A stretch of DNA of 31,047 nucleotides, taken from assembly GCF_003334815.1 (NCBI RefSeq), contig NZ_QOWO01000043.1; one strand, given 5' to 3'. Shown here in pieces: positions 1 through 9,299 of this stretch. The position numbers and the translations under genes are program-made. The stretch's first letter is position 1. Every line of letters begins with the position of its first letter. This stretch comes from Escherichia coli (lineage in GTDB: Bacteria > Pseudomonadota > Gammaproteobacteria > Enterobacterales > Enterobacteriaceae). Under the pieces are notes generated by a model. It was given only the letters and a program-made list of their open reading frames with translations, was not told the DNA's origin and did not search any database.

Positions 1-62
1 TTTTTCGTCTTGCGACGTTAAGAATCCGTATCTTCGAGTGCCCACACAGATTGTCTGATAAA

Positions 63-75
63 TTGTTAAAGAGCA
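63..75 (-). promoter_or_regulatory. rrn antitermination boxA (TGCTCTTTAACAA on - strand)
   Basis: Exact match to the boxA consensus in the rRNA leader, read on the minus strand. Confidence 0.8.
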
Positions 76-115
76 GTTGCGACGCGGCTTTCAGCTCACT
101 GTCGCGAGGTGGCGT

Positions 116-143
116 ATATTACGCTTTCCTCTTTCAGAGTCAA
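116..143 (-). promoter_or_regulatory. rrnE P2 promoter (-35 TTGACT, -10 TAATAT on - strand)
   Basis: Minus strand reads TTGACTctgaaagaggaaagcgTAATATacgcc; matches rrn P2 architecture and sits upstream of boxA. Confidence 0.7.
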
Positions 144-225
144 CCCTGAATTTCAGGATTTTTCTCTTCAACCGAACCGGCTGTTTGTGTGAAGTGATTC
201 ACATCCGCCGTGTCGATGGAGGCGC

Positions 226-275
226 ATTATAGGGAGTTCTCCGCAGGCCGCAATAGAAAAATTGCAGAAAAATGA
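226..275 (-). promoter_or_regulatory. rrnE P1 promoter (-35 TTGCGG, 16-bp spacer, -10 TATAAT) with A/T-rich UP element immediately upstream
   Basis: Minus strand reads TTGCGGcctgcggagaactcccTATAATgcgcc, preceded by tcatttttctgcaatttttctatt; typical rrn P1 core plus UP element. Confidence 0.75.
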
Positions 276-424
276 CTGACTGCTGCATTCCCCAGCAAAA
301 GCCCGCTTTATACCTTTTTACGCACAGAGTTATCCACAATCATCAATGTAATTTCTGTATTTTGCCCACGGTAACCACAGTCAAAATTGTGATCACCATT
401 GAAAGAGAAAAATTCGCGAGCGTT

Positions 425-440
425 GCGCAAACGTTTTCGT
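425..440 (+). promoter_or_regulatory. PurR operator (pur box) in purHD promoter
   Basis: GCGCAAACGTTTTCGT matches the 16-bp PurR box consensus (aCGCAAACGTTTTCnT); a TACAAT -10-like hexamer follows at 441-446. Confidence 0.7.
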
Positions 441-547
441 TACAATGCGGGCGAAAAATAAGGATGCCCCGTTAGGGGCGTTAGCTGAGTTTTTCGCGAA
501 AAATTCAGCTAACGCTCTCTGTAATAGTCAAATCCAGGGGATTTACC

Positions 548-2137
548 ATGCAACAACGTCGTCCAGTCCGCCGCGCTCTGCTCAGTGTTTCTGACAAAGC
601 CGGTATCGTCGAATTCGCCCAGGCACTTTCCGCACGCGGTGTGGAGCTGCTGTCTACAGGGGGCACTGCCCGTCTGTTAGCAGAAAAAGGTCTGCCGGTA
701 ACCGAAGTTTCCGATTACACCGGTTTCCCGGAGATGATGGATGGACGCGTGAAGACCCTGCATCCGAAAGTACATGGTGGCATTCTGGGCCGTCGCGGCC
801 AGGACGATGCCATTATGGAAGAACATCAGATCCAGCCTATCGATATGGTGGTTGTTAACCTGTATCCGTTCGCCCAGACCGTGGCCCGTGAAGGTTGCTC
901 GCTGGAAGATGCGGTTGAGAACATCGATATCGGCGGCCCAACGATGGTGCGCTCCGCCGCCAAGAACCATAAAGATGTCGCAATCGTGGTGAAGAGCAGC
1001 GACTATGACGCCATTATTAAAGAGATGGATGACAACGAAGGATCGCTGACGCTTGCAACCCGTTTCGACCTCGCCATCAAAGCCTTCGAACACACTGCCG
1101 CCTACGACAGCATGATTGCCAACTACTTCGGCAGCATGGTTCCGGCTTACCACGGTGAAAGCAAAGAAGCCGCCGGTCGCTTCCCACGCACGCTGAACCT
1201 GAACTTCATTAAGAAGCTGGATATGCGTTACGGCGAGAACAGCCACCAGCAGGCTGCCTTCTATATAGAAGAGAATGTGAAAGAAGCCTCCGTTGCTACC
1301 GCAACCCAGGTTCAGGGTAAAGCCCTCTCTTATAACAACATTGCCGATACCGATGCGGCGCTGGAGTGCGTGAAAGAGTTCGCCGAGCCGGCATGTGTGA
1401 TTGTGAAGCACGCCAACCCTTGCGGCGTGGCTATCGGCAATTCCATTCTTGATGCTTACGATCGCGCGTACAAAACCGACCCAACCTCCGCATTCGGCGG
1501 CATCATTGCCTTTAACCGCGAGCTGGATGCGGAAACCGCACAGGCCATCATTTCTCGTCAGTTTGTCGAAGTGATTATTGCGCCGTCCGCCAGCGAAGAA
1601 GCCCTGAAAATCACCGCCGCCAAACAGAACGTACGCGTTCTGACCTGCGGTCAGTGGGGCGAGCGTGTTCCGGGCCTCGATTTCAAACGCGTGAACGGCG
1701 GTCTGCTGGTTCAGGATCGTGACCTGGGGATGGTCGGTGCGGAAGAACTGCGCGTGGTGACCAAACGTCAGCCGAGCGAACAGGAACTGCGTGATGCGCT
1801 GTTCTGCTGGAAGGTGGCGAAGTTTGTGAAATCCAACGCTATCGTCTATGCCAAAAACAATATGACTATCGGCATTGGCGCGGGCCAGATGAGCCGCGTG
1901 TACTCCGCAAAAATCGCCGGTATTAAAGCGGCCGATGAAGGCCTGGAAGTGAAAGGTTCCTCGATGGCTTCTGACGCGTTCTTCCCGTTCCGCGACGGTA
2001 TTGATGCCGCCGCCGCTGCGGGCGTGACCTGCGTAATCCAGCCTGGCGGTTCTATCCGTGATGACGAAGTGATTGCCGCCGCCGACGAGCACGGTATTGC
2101 GATGCTCTTCACCGACATGCGCCACTTCCGCCATTAA
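548..2137 (+). CDS. purH: Bifunctional AICAR transformylase / IMP cyclohydrolase
   Basis: 529-aa ORF; N-terminal MGS-like domain ([17 protein letters not shown]...STGGTA) and AICARFT domain recognised; SD-like GGGGA upstream; followed by purD. Confidence 0.97.
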
Positions 2138-2148
2138 TGGAGCAATAG

Positions 2149-3438
2149 ATGAAAGTATTAGTGATTGGTAACGGCGGGCGCGAGCACGCGCTGGCCTGGA
2201 AAGCGGCCCAGTCGCCGCTGGTTGAGACTGTTTTTGTTGCTCCGGGTAATGCAGGCACTGCACTGGAACCCGCGCTGCAAAACGTTGCTATTGGCGTGAC
2301 CGATATCCCGGCGCTGTTGGATTTCGCACAAAACGAAAAGATTGATCTGACCATCGTCGGCCCGGAAGCGCCGCTGGTGAAAGGCGTGGTCGATACCTTC
2401 CGCGCCGCCGGGCTGAAAATCTTCGGCCCAACCGCAGGTGCGGCCCAACTGGAAGGCTCAAAAGCGTTTACCAAAGATTTCCTGGCCCGCCATAAGATCC
2501 CTACGGCGGAATACCAGAACTTCACCGAGGTAGAACCTGCGCTGGCGTATCTGCGTGAGAAAGGCGCGCCAATCGTCATTAAAGCGGACGGTCTGGCTGC
2601 CGGGAAAGGCGTTATCGTGGCGATGACGCTGGAAGAAGCGGAAGCGGCTGTTCACGATATGCTGGCGGGCAACGCTTTTGGCGACGCGGGTCATCGCATC
2701 GTTATCGAAGAGTTCCTCGATGGCGAAGAAGCGAGCTTTATCGTGATGGTGGACGGCGAGCATGTGCTGCCGATGGCTACCAGCCAGGATCACAAACGCG
2801 TAGGCGATAAAGATACCGGACCAAACACCGGCGGGATGGGCGCTTACTCCCCCGCGCCGGTAGTAACCGATGACGTTCATCAGCGCACCATGGAACGTAT
2901 TATCTGGCCAACCGTGAAAGGCATGGCGGCGGAAGGCAACACCTACACCGGTTTTCTCTACGCGGGCCTGATGATCGACAAACAGGGCAATCCGAAGGTT
3001 ATTGAATTTAACTGCCGCTTTGGCGATCCGGAAACCCAGCCGATTATGCTGCGCATGAAGTCCGATCTGGTTGAGCTCTGCCTGGCGGCCTGTGAAAGCA
3101 AACTGGACGAGAAAACGTCCGAGTGGGATGAACGCGCTTCTCTCGGCGTGGTGATGGCTGCGGGTGGATATCCGGGTGATTACCGCACCGGTGACGTGAT
3201 CCACGGCCTGCCGCTGGAAGAAGTGGCAGGCGGCAAAGTGTTCCACGCGGGCACAAAACTGGCGGATGACGAGCAGGTAGTGACCAACGGCGGGCGCGTA
3301 CTGTGCGTCACCGCGCTGGGTCATACCGTGGCAGAAGCGCAGAAACGCGCCTATGCCTTAATGACCGATATCCACTGGGACGACTGCTTCTGCCGGAAAG
3401 ATATCGGCTGGCGCGCTATCGAACGCGAGCAGAACTAA
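2149..3438 (+). CDS. purD: Phosphoribosylamine-glycine ligase (GAR synthetase)
   Basis: 429-aa ORF starting MKVLVIGNGGREHALAWK; ATP-grasp family; GGAG SD upstream; 11-nt gap after purH indicates an operon. Confidence 0.97.
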   Translation: MKVLVIGNGGREHALAWKAAQSPLVETVFVAPGNAGTALEPALQNVAIGVTDIPALLDFAQNEKIDLTIVGPEAPLVKGVVDTFRAAGLKIFGPTAGAAQLEGSKAFTKDFLARHKIPTAEYQNFTEVEPALAYLREKGAPIVIKADGLAAGKGVIVAMTLEEAEAAVHDMLAGNAFGDAGHRIVIEEFLDGEEASFIVMVDGEHVLPMATSQDHKRVGDKDTGPNTGGMGAYSPAPVVTDDVHQRTMERIIWPTVKGMAAEGNTYTGFLYAGLMIDKQGNPKVIEFNCRFGDPETQPIMLRMKSDLVELCLAACESKLDEKTSEWDERASLGVVMAAGGYPGDYRTGDVIHGLPLEEVAGGKVFHAGTKLADDEQVVTNGGRVLCVTALGHTVAEAQKRAYALMTDIHWDDCFCRKDIGWRAIEREQN

Positions 3439-4760
3439 CGCGACAGTTTTGCCAATAGCGTTTTGCGCGTGATCCCTAACTGACGGGCGGCTTCGGTTTT
3501 GTTGCCGCCCGTTTTCTCCAGCGCCGCCAGAATCACCTCTTTTTCCACTTCCACCAACGGCTGAATATCCTGACTTTGTCCCAGCGGGATCGGCGTACTG
3601 GCAATCGCCAGCGGCAGCTCGCGTTCGGAAATATATTCCCCGGTCAGCAGCACCACTGCCCGTTCCACCGCGTTTTCCAGCTCACGAATATTTCCCGGCC
3701 AGTCGTAATGAATCAACAGATCCATCGCCTGGGGCGTAAAACCTTTTACCGCCTTGCGATTACGCTCGGCAAAGCGCTGCAGAAAATGGCCAGCCAGCAG
3801 AGGGATATCTTCCCGCCGTTGCCGCAGCGATGGTACTTCAATCGCCACCACATTCAGGCGATAGTAGAGATCCTGGCGAAAACGCCCGGCATTCACCTCT
3901 GCGGCAAGATCGCGATGGGTCGCCGCAATCAGCCGGACATCAACCGAGATAATCTGGTTGCTACCGACACGCTGAACTTCGCGCTCCTGAATCGCACGCA
4001 GCAGACGCACCTGCATCATCGGCGAGATATCGCCAATTTCATCGAGAAACAGCGTGCCGCCGTCCGCCTCAACAAAGCGCCCTTCCCGGCGTTTATCGGC
4101 TCCAGTAAACGCCCCTTTTTCATGACCGAACAATTCAGATTCCAGCAAGGATTCGTTGAGTGCCGCACAGTTGAGCGTTACCAGCGGTTTTTCGCTACGT
4201 GCGCTACTGGCGTGAATCGCCCTGGCGACCAGCTCTTTACCGGTGCCGGAATCGCCGTGGATCAGTACCGTGGCTTCCGATGGCGCGACGAGGGCGATTT
4301 CACTGAGCAGGTGTTGCATCGCCGGGCTTTTACCGACCATACCGAACTGGCTGGCAGTCACCGCAGGTGTTTCAGCATCAATACTGTGCGTATGCGCGAG
4401 CGCTTTTTCCAGCGTCGCCTGTAGGTTATCGAAATCCAGCGGCTTGATGAGATAATCCAGCGCCCCAGTTTTCAGTGCCTCTACCGCCGTCTCGACGCTG
4501 GAGTACGCAGTCATAATCAGCACCGGAATTGCCGGGTTTAACGCTTTGATCTCTTTCAGCGTGGCGATGCCGTCCATCTCCGCCATTCGCACATCGCAAA
4601 GCACAAGATCAAAAACCTGTTCCCGCACCTGCTCCAACGCCTGTCGCCCGCTGTTCGCCAGCGCGACGTTATAGCCCCAGCCGCGCAGTAAAGCCTGCAA
4701 AATAGTGCAGTGGCTAATGTCATCATCCACCACCAGAATATCGATATTATCGTGCGTCAT
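3435..4760 (-). CDS. zraR: sigma54-dependent response regulator (NtrC family), zinc/envelope-stress system
   Basis: 441-aa ORF with receiver domain, AAA+ sigma54-activator domain including the GAFTGA motif ([17 protein letters not shown]), and C-terminal HTH; 4-bp overlap with zraS. Confidence 0.95.
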   Translation of the reverse strand: MTHDNIDILVVDDDISHCTILQALLRGWGYNVALANSGRQALEQVREQVFDLVLCDVRMAEMDGIATLKEIKALNPAIPVLIMTAYSSVETAVEALKTGALDYLIKPLDFDNLQATLEKALAHTHSIDAETPAVTASQFGMVGKSPAMQHLLSEIALVAPSEATVLIHGDSGTGKELVARAIHASSARSEKPLVTLNCAALNESLLESELFGHEKGAFTGADKRREGRFVEADGGTLFLDEIGDISPMMQVRLLRAIQEREVQRVGSNQIISVDVRLIAATHRDLAAEVNAGRFRQDLYYRLNVVAIEVPSLRQRREDIPLLAGHFLQRFAERNRKAVKGFTPQAMDLLIHYDWPGNIRELENAVERAVVLLTGEYISERELPLAIASTPIPLGQSQDIQPLVEVEKEVILAALEKTGGNKTEAARQLGITRKTLLAKLSR

Positions 4761-6154
4761 CCTTGTGGGTCCTTACGCGTAATATTGACCGGAAGCCAGA
4801 GGGTGAACGTTGAGCCTTTTCCCTCCTGGCTTGCGACCTGAATTGTACCACCGTGTTGTTCAACAATATTATGCACGACCGCCAGCCCCAATCCGGTGCC
4901 TTCGGCTTTAGTGGTGAAGTACGGAGTGAAGATGGCATCAAGCTGATCTGCCGCAATTCCCTTACCGCTGTCGGTAACGCTGATTTTCACGCCCGCGCCG
5001 CTTTCGCTGGCCGTCACGCTAATCACGCCATGCTGACCAATCGCCTGAATAGCATTGAGATAGAGATTCAACAGGACCTGAGTCAGCCTGTCCGGGTCGG
5101 CCTGAATTTCCGGTAATGTGTCGTTGGCGGTAAAGCGTAACTGGATCTCCCGGCTGTTTGCATCCTGACTTACCAGCTGTAATGAGTGGTTAATCAGCGT
5201 GTTGAGATCCACCGCCTGCAAAGCCAGATGCGTTGGCTTAACCAGTTCCAGCAACTCGCTTACCACGCGGTTTAAACGGTCGGCCTCTTTCGCCATCACC
5301 TGCGCCAGTTGATGCGCTTCTCCCCCTGCAGGCGCGCGCTCGGCAAAGTATTTCGCCAGTCCTTTAATCGAGGAAAGTGGGTTACGGATTTCGTGGGCAA
5401 CGCCTGCCGCAAGATGCCCCAGCGCCACCAGCTTCTCTTTGCGCTTCATTTCATCTTGTAGAAGCTGGCGCGAGCGCAGATAGCGGCGATACCAGAAGAA
5501 TGACAATACGCTTGCCAGCAAGACCGTCGCCAGGGCGAAGAGGATAATCAGGGTATTGCGCTTTTCCCCACTCTGGGTTGCAACCAGATCACTGGCATCA
5601 ACGGCGATAAAAATAGCCTGTTGTGCATCTACTTGTGGCACAGCTTTGCCGTTACAGCGCGGCATATTGTGCATTCCATGCCGCCAGGGCGCTGACATTG
5701 GCTGGAACAAACGATAGACCTCAAGTGCAGGCGTAGTTTCCGTTTTCCCAAGCAGCCGCCAGCGGGAGTTTTCCTCTGGCTTTAATTTCTGCATTTCATC
5801 CGGCGAATAGAGCGCACGCCCGACCTTATCGGGGTCGCTATGAAGAATAATGATGCCCTGCGCATCGGTGACTGCGAACCACAACACTCCCGGCTGTCCC
5901 GCCATCTCTTCCAGAAGCGCCTGTTGCTGTACATGGTGCATTCGCATCCCCATCCCTACGCGGCTTCCCGACTCCAGAGCGCGGATAAGCACATTACCTT
6001 TTTCCAGTAATGCCTGGCGGTCTGCCTCGCTTGCCCGCCCATAATCACGAATCACAGTTACCGCAAACAATCCCACCAGCCCAACAATGACCACGGGGAG
6101 GATCGCGCTTAACCATTTAGCTAAGGAGTCTTTAGAACGTTGCATAAAACGCAT
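4757..6154 (-). CDS. zraS: Sensor histidine kinase of the ZraSR two-component system
   Basis: 465-aa ORF; N-terminal TM segment, periplasmic domain, second TM, H-box (HEIRNPL) and HATPase domain (GTGLGL). Confidence 0.95.
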   Translation of the reverse strand: MRFMQRSKDSLAKWLSAILPVVIVGLVGLFAVTVIRDYGRASEADRQALLEKGNVLIRALESGSRVGMGMRMHHVQQQALLEEMAGQPGVLWFAVTDAQGIIILHSDPDKVGRALYSPDEMQKLKPEENSRWRLLGKTETTPALEVYRLFQPMSAPWRHGMHNMPRCNGKAVPQVDAQQAIFIAVDASDLVATQSGEKRNTLIILFALATVLLASVLSFFWYRRYLRSRQLLQDEMKRKEKLVALGHLAAGVAHEIRNPLSSIKGLAKYFAERAPAGGEAHQLAQVMAKEADRLNRVVSELLELVKPTHLALQAVDLNTLINHSLQLVSQDANSREIQLRFTANDTLPEIQADPDRLTQVLLNLYLNAIQAIGQHGVISVTASESGAGVKISVTDSGKGIAADQLDAIFTPYFTTKAEGTGLGLAVVHNIVEQHGGTIQVASQEGKGSTFTLWLPVNITRKDPQG

Positions 6155-6184
6155 CTTCTTCTTTGCCTGCTCATCCCTTTCTGA

Positions 6185-6201
6185 CAGCAGAAATCATGCC
6201 A
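6185..6201 (-). promoter_or_regulatory. sigma54 (-24/-12) promoter for zraSR
   Basis: Minus strand reads TGGCATgatttcTGCTg, with GG and GC at the canonical -24/-12 spacing. Confidence 0.65.
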
Positions 6202-6252
6202 TCTTTTATCAGCGCTTACCCTGCGCTGTAACACAAAGGCTTAAGTTTCAAT

Positions 6253-6298
6253 GAGTAAAAATGACTCGCTACCCGCAGCAGGCGAGTCATTTTTACTC
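6253..6298. promoter_or_regulatory. Upstream activating sequence: perfect 17-bp inverted repeat (GAGTAAAAATGACTCGC, 12-bp spacer), probable ZraR binding site
   Basis: 6253-6269 is the exact reverse complement of 6282-6298; located between the divergent sigma54 promoters of zraP and zraSR. Confidence 0.7.
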
Positions 6299-6340
6299 GT
6301 TTATCATGCCAGATTACCCGTCATATCAGCGTTTCATCGT

Positions 6341-6356
6341 TGGCACGGAAGATGCA
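6341..6356 (+). promoter_or_regulatory. sigma54 (-24/-12) promoter for zraP
   Basis: TGGCACggaagaTGCA matches the sigma54 consensus TGGCAC-N5-TTGCA; about 35 nt upstream of the zraP start. Confidence 0.75.
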
Positions 6357-6391
6357 ATACCCGAAGTAAGACAACCACTGGAGGATTAACC

Positions 6392-6817
6392 ATGAAACGG
6401 AACACGAAAATTGCCCTGGTAATGATGGCGCTTTCAGCAATGGCGATGGGATCGACATCTGCATTTGCTCACGGCGGACACGGTATGTGGCAGCAAAATG
6501 CCGCGCCTTTGACCAGCGAACAACAGACAGCGTGGCAGAAAATCCATAATGACTTTTACGCTCAAAGCAGCGCACTGCAACAGCAACTGGTGACGAAGCG
6601 TTATGAATACAATGCCCTGTTAGCCGCGAACCCACCGGATAGCAGCAAAATTAACGCGGTCGCCAAAGAGATGGAGAATTTGCGTCAGTCGTTAGATGAG
6701 TTACGGGTGAAACGAGATATCGCGATGGCTGAAGCGGGTATTCCGCGCGGAGCCGGAATGGGCATGGGCTACGGCGGCTGCGGTGGTGGCGGTCATATGG
6801 GTATGGGCCACTGGTAA
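6392..6817 (+). CDS. zraP: Periplasmic zinc-binding envelope-stress chaperone
   Basis: 141-aa product starting MKRNTKIALVMMALSAMAMGSTSAFA (signal peptide) with GGAGGA SD at 6380-6385; Gly/His/Met-rich C-terminus. The ORF-track start at 6251 is an in-frame over-extension through the promoter. Confidence 0.93.
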   Translation: MKRNTKIALVMMALSAMAMGSTSAFAHGGHGMWQQNAAPLTSEQQTAWQKIHNDFYAQSSALQQQLVTKRYEYNALLAANPPDSSKINAVAKEMENLRQSLDELRVKRDIAMAEAGIPRGAGMGMGYGGCGGGGHMGMGHW

Positions 6818-6818
6818 A

Positions 6819-7520
6819 TCAGAACGTTTTCTCGTTGGGTTGCCAGCGACAGAAATCAGAGTTTGCCACTAACAGTAATTGCGAACCTTCGGGCGCTTCC
6901 AGCCATGCCACGCTGACATCAACAGAAGAGCGGCTCTGGCGGCGCTCGATATGCGCTATCGCCTGCGAATCTAAATCAGGTTTAATGGTTTGCCCTTCGC
7001 AGGTGGTCACGGTCTGTTCCATCGCATGCCAGCGCCCCTGGCGCAGCACGACTCTCCCCTGACGTAAGGCATCGCTAATCTGGCGGATCTGATCAGCACG
7101 ATAACGGTATAAATCGATTTGGTCGTTAGAAAGCTGCTGCTTTTCCCCATCGGATTCACGTTGCATAAAGCTCAGATCACCGCGATCGTCAAAACGCGCG
7201 CGAATATTCACCGGCGGTTTGCTGTAAACATTGATATTGATGAGCGTGAGGTTATCGCCCTGCCAGCGATACTCTCGCGTCGTGGTATCGCCACTGCGCC
7301 ACGGGCTAAACACGGCAAGCAGATGCACATTATCGCCGCTGTCTTTTCGCCAGATGCGTACCGCGCCCTGGTCTTCAGCAAATCCACTGGCGGTAAAGGG
7401 AGGAAGTGAAGAGTTATGACTACAGGCAGTGAGAAGCAGAGCGCCAGCCAGCATCAATGATCGACGCCAGAAAGACAAAAGGGGTGAAACCACCCCTTCG
7501 TTAAAACTGTTCACTGCCAC
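6819..7520 (-). CDS. yjaH: Conserved protein of unknown function (DUF1481 family), probable lipoprotein
   Basis: 233-aa ORF with signal peptide and lipobox-like LLTAC; conserved position between zraP and hupA. The exact start codon is uncertain. Confidence 0.85.
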   Translation of the reverse strand: MAVNSFNEGVVSPLLSFWRRSLMLAGALLLTACSHNSSLPPFTASGFAEDQGAVRIWRKDSGDNVHLLAVFSPWRSGDTTTREYRWQGDNLTLININVYSKPPVNIRARFDDRGDLSFMQRESDGEKQQLSNDQIDLYRYRADQIRQISDALRQGRVVLRQGRWHAMEQTVTTCEGQTIKPDLDSQAIAHIERRQSRSSVDVSVAWLEAPEGSQLLLVANSDFCRWQPNEKTF

Positions 7521-7526
7521 GCAATC

Positions 7527-7799
7527 TTACTTAACTGCGTCTTTCAGTGCCTTGCCAGAAACAAATGCCGGTACGTTAGCTGCGGCAATTTTGATTTCTT
7601 TACCGGTCTGCGGGTTGCGGCCAGTACGCTCAGCGCGGTGGTTCACTTTGAAGGTACCGAAACCAACCAGTTGTACAGCATCGCCTTCTTTCAGAGACTC
7701 AGTAATTGCAGCCAGAGTGGACTCCAGAGCAGCTTTAGCCTGGGTTTTGGACAGTTCTGCTTTCTCTGCAATTACATCAATCAGTTGAGTCTTGTTCAT
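7527..7799 (-). CDS. hupA: Nucleoid-associated DNA-binding protein HU-alpha
   Basis: 90-aa [93 protein letters not shown], matching HU-alpha. Confidence 0.98.
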
Positions 7800-7985
7800 A
7801 AGTTATCCTTACAATGTGTTTATCGCTTGCTAAGCATCGAGTGCGACGGAAATGCCAGAATAGCACTCTCCTGCATACACGCACCGATAGCCACTTTTTT
7901 TCGCCCCCCAAATGTAGACCAGACGGGGGGCGAAAGGGAAGACTCCAGGTACGACAAATCAGGCGTTAAATCACGTTTTCTGGTC

Positions 7986-8576
7986 TTATTGCTGAAAAAT
8001 TATACCAATATTGCTCTCACCCGCCTCACGCAGGTCTGCCCTAAGGCCTTTTATCAGCTCGATATCGCGTTCTTCGCACTCAGCTAAAAGTCGGAATATT
8101 TCCCACTGAATGTCCCATTCTTGCTCTACAGCTGGGTTTTCTTTAAGCTCTTCATCGCTCATTTCGCGACCAGCCTGAGTCATTTCCAGCATCGCAACGG
8201 TCGTGATGGAGGTCTTACTCACTTCCACCGCGTGTTCGAGCGTTTCACCACTCAAACGCGAATGGACCAGTTCACTTAACGCCACGCAGGCATCGATTGC
8301 CGGATAAACGCCGTACAGATCGAAATCGTCGGCTGAAGGAATCGCTTCTTCAAATTTCTCCAGTTGGCTGTCGAAATTTACTTTTGCGTCTTTAACGGTC
8401 AGCGTTTCCCAGATGAGATCGAGAATGCGACGGTAAATTTGCCCATCACCAAAACCGGTTTGCTGGCAGAACATGGCGTAATTGGGGTACATGCGTTCGC
8501 ATAAGCAAGCCATGAAAGTGACATGCTGCCAGCTTTCCAGGCGCTCCAGACGCAGATGAATTGGGTTTTGTAACAT
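7986..8576 (-). CDS. yjaG: Conserved protein of unknown function (DUF416 family)
   Basis: 196-aa ORF in the conserved position between nfi and hupA. Confidence 0.9.
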   Translation of the reverse strand: MLQNPIHLRLERLESWQHVTFMACLCERMYPNYAMFCQQTGFGDGQIYRRILDLIWETLTVKDAKVNFDSQLEKFEEAIPSADDFDLYGVYPAIDACVALSELVHSRLSGETLEHAVEVSKTSITTVAMLEMTQAGREMSDEELKENPAVEQEWDIQWEIFRLLAECEERDIELIKGLRADLREAGESNIGIIFQQ

Positions 8577-8618
8577 GTTGAGTTCTCAAATACGGAAATT
8601 ATCCGCAGTTTACCTGAA

Positions 8619-9290
8619 TTAGGGCTGATTTGCTGTATAGCGCACGAACGCCGGACGTTCCGAGGCCACCGCGTCCGCCCAGCGCGTTGGCTCCGGCAGA
8701 CGATAGCCTTTCATGCAGCGTTGTACCCACGCCAGCGCGCTGTCCACGCTGACCCGATGGCCGGTAGCGATAAACAACGGGTTACAGCGCGCTTTGCTGC
8801 GCCAGACCCAGGCCAGCTGCTCGCCTTTATCCATCAGTGGGGCCAGCGCGCCCGGTTCGCTGGAGAGCGGTTCGAATTTACCGCAGAGCCGTTTTTTCGC
8901 CACGCCAATGGTCGGCACATCCACCAATAAGCCAAAATGGCTGGCGACGCCAAGACGGCGAGGATGCGAGATCCCATGACCATCGACAAACACTAAATCC
9001 GGCTTTTGCGACAGCATCTCCCACGCTGCCAGCAGCGCAGGATATTCGCGGAAGGAAAGAAAACCTGGAATGTAAGGCATGGTGGTGGCGATGCGGGCAA
9101 CTTTATACTCGACCAGCTCAAGCGAGGGATATTTCAGCAGCACCATCGCCGCTCGCGTCACTTCTCCGCCCTGCTCAAACCCGACATCGGCTCCGGCGAT
9201 CAGATCCGGTGGATCTTTATCGAGTCGATCCTCGCGGATCACAGAAGAAGCCAGTTCGATTTGTTGAGCGCGTAATGACGCGAGATCCAT
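8619..9290 (-). CDS. nfi: Endonuclease V (deoxyinosine 3' endonuclease)
   Basis: 223-aa product starting [13 protein letters not shown]; the ORF track adds two residues (MIM...) from an upstream ATG at 9296. Sits 9-15 nt downstream of hemE. Confidence 0.9.
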
Positions 9291-9299
9291 AATCACTCC

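Larger units (their letters stand above)
1..219 (-). other. rrnE operon 5' leader (external transcribed spacer), partial; the 16S gene itself lies beyond the window start
   Basis: Reverse complement of 1-80 reads GCAAGACGAAAAA...CTGCTCTTTAACAATTTATCAGACAATCTGTGTGGGCACTCGAAGATACGGATTCTTAACGTCGC, the conserved rrn leader; adjacency to purH fixes it as rrnE by synteny. Confidence 0.8.

Noticed and set aside
272-475. 67-aa ORF in the rrnE/purH promoter region
   Set aside because: Overlaps the rrn P1 UP element region and the PurR box; no SD; implausible composition.
677-2263. 528-aa ORF on the minus strand spanning almost all of purH
   Set aside because: Antisense to a clearly recognisable purH; low-complexity translation (runs of G/A/R/H), no SD or promoter context; typical antisense open frame in a codon-biased gene.
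6251-6391. In-frame N-terminal extension of zraP (ORF-track start at 6251)
   Set aside because: The extension runs through the sigma54 promoter and UAS; the real start at 6392 has a GGAGGA SD and begins a canonical signal peptide.
7902-7932. Possible REP element or intrinsic terminator at the G/C hairpin upstream of hupA
   Set aside because: Does not match the REP consensus (GCCGGATG...CCGGC type), and the U-tract is on the wrong side of the stem for termination on either strand; kept as an unexplained hairpin in findings.
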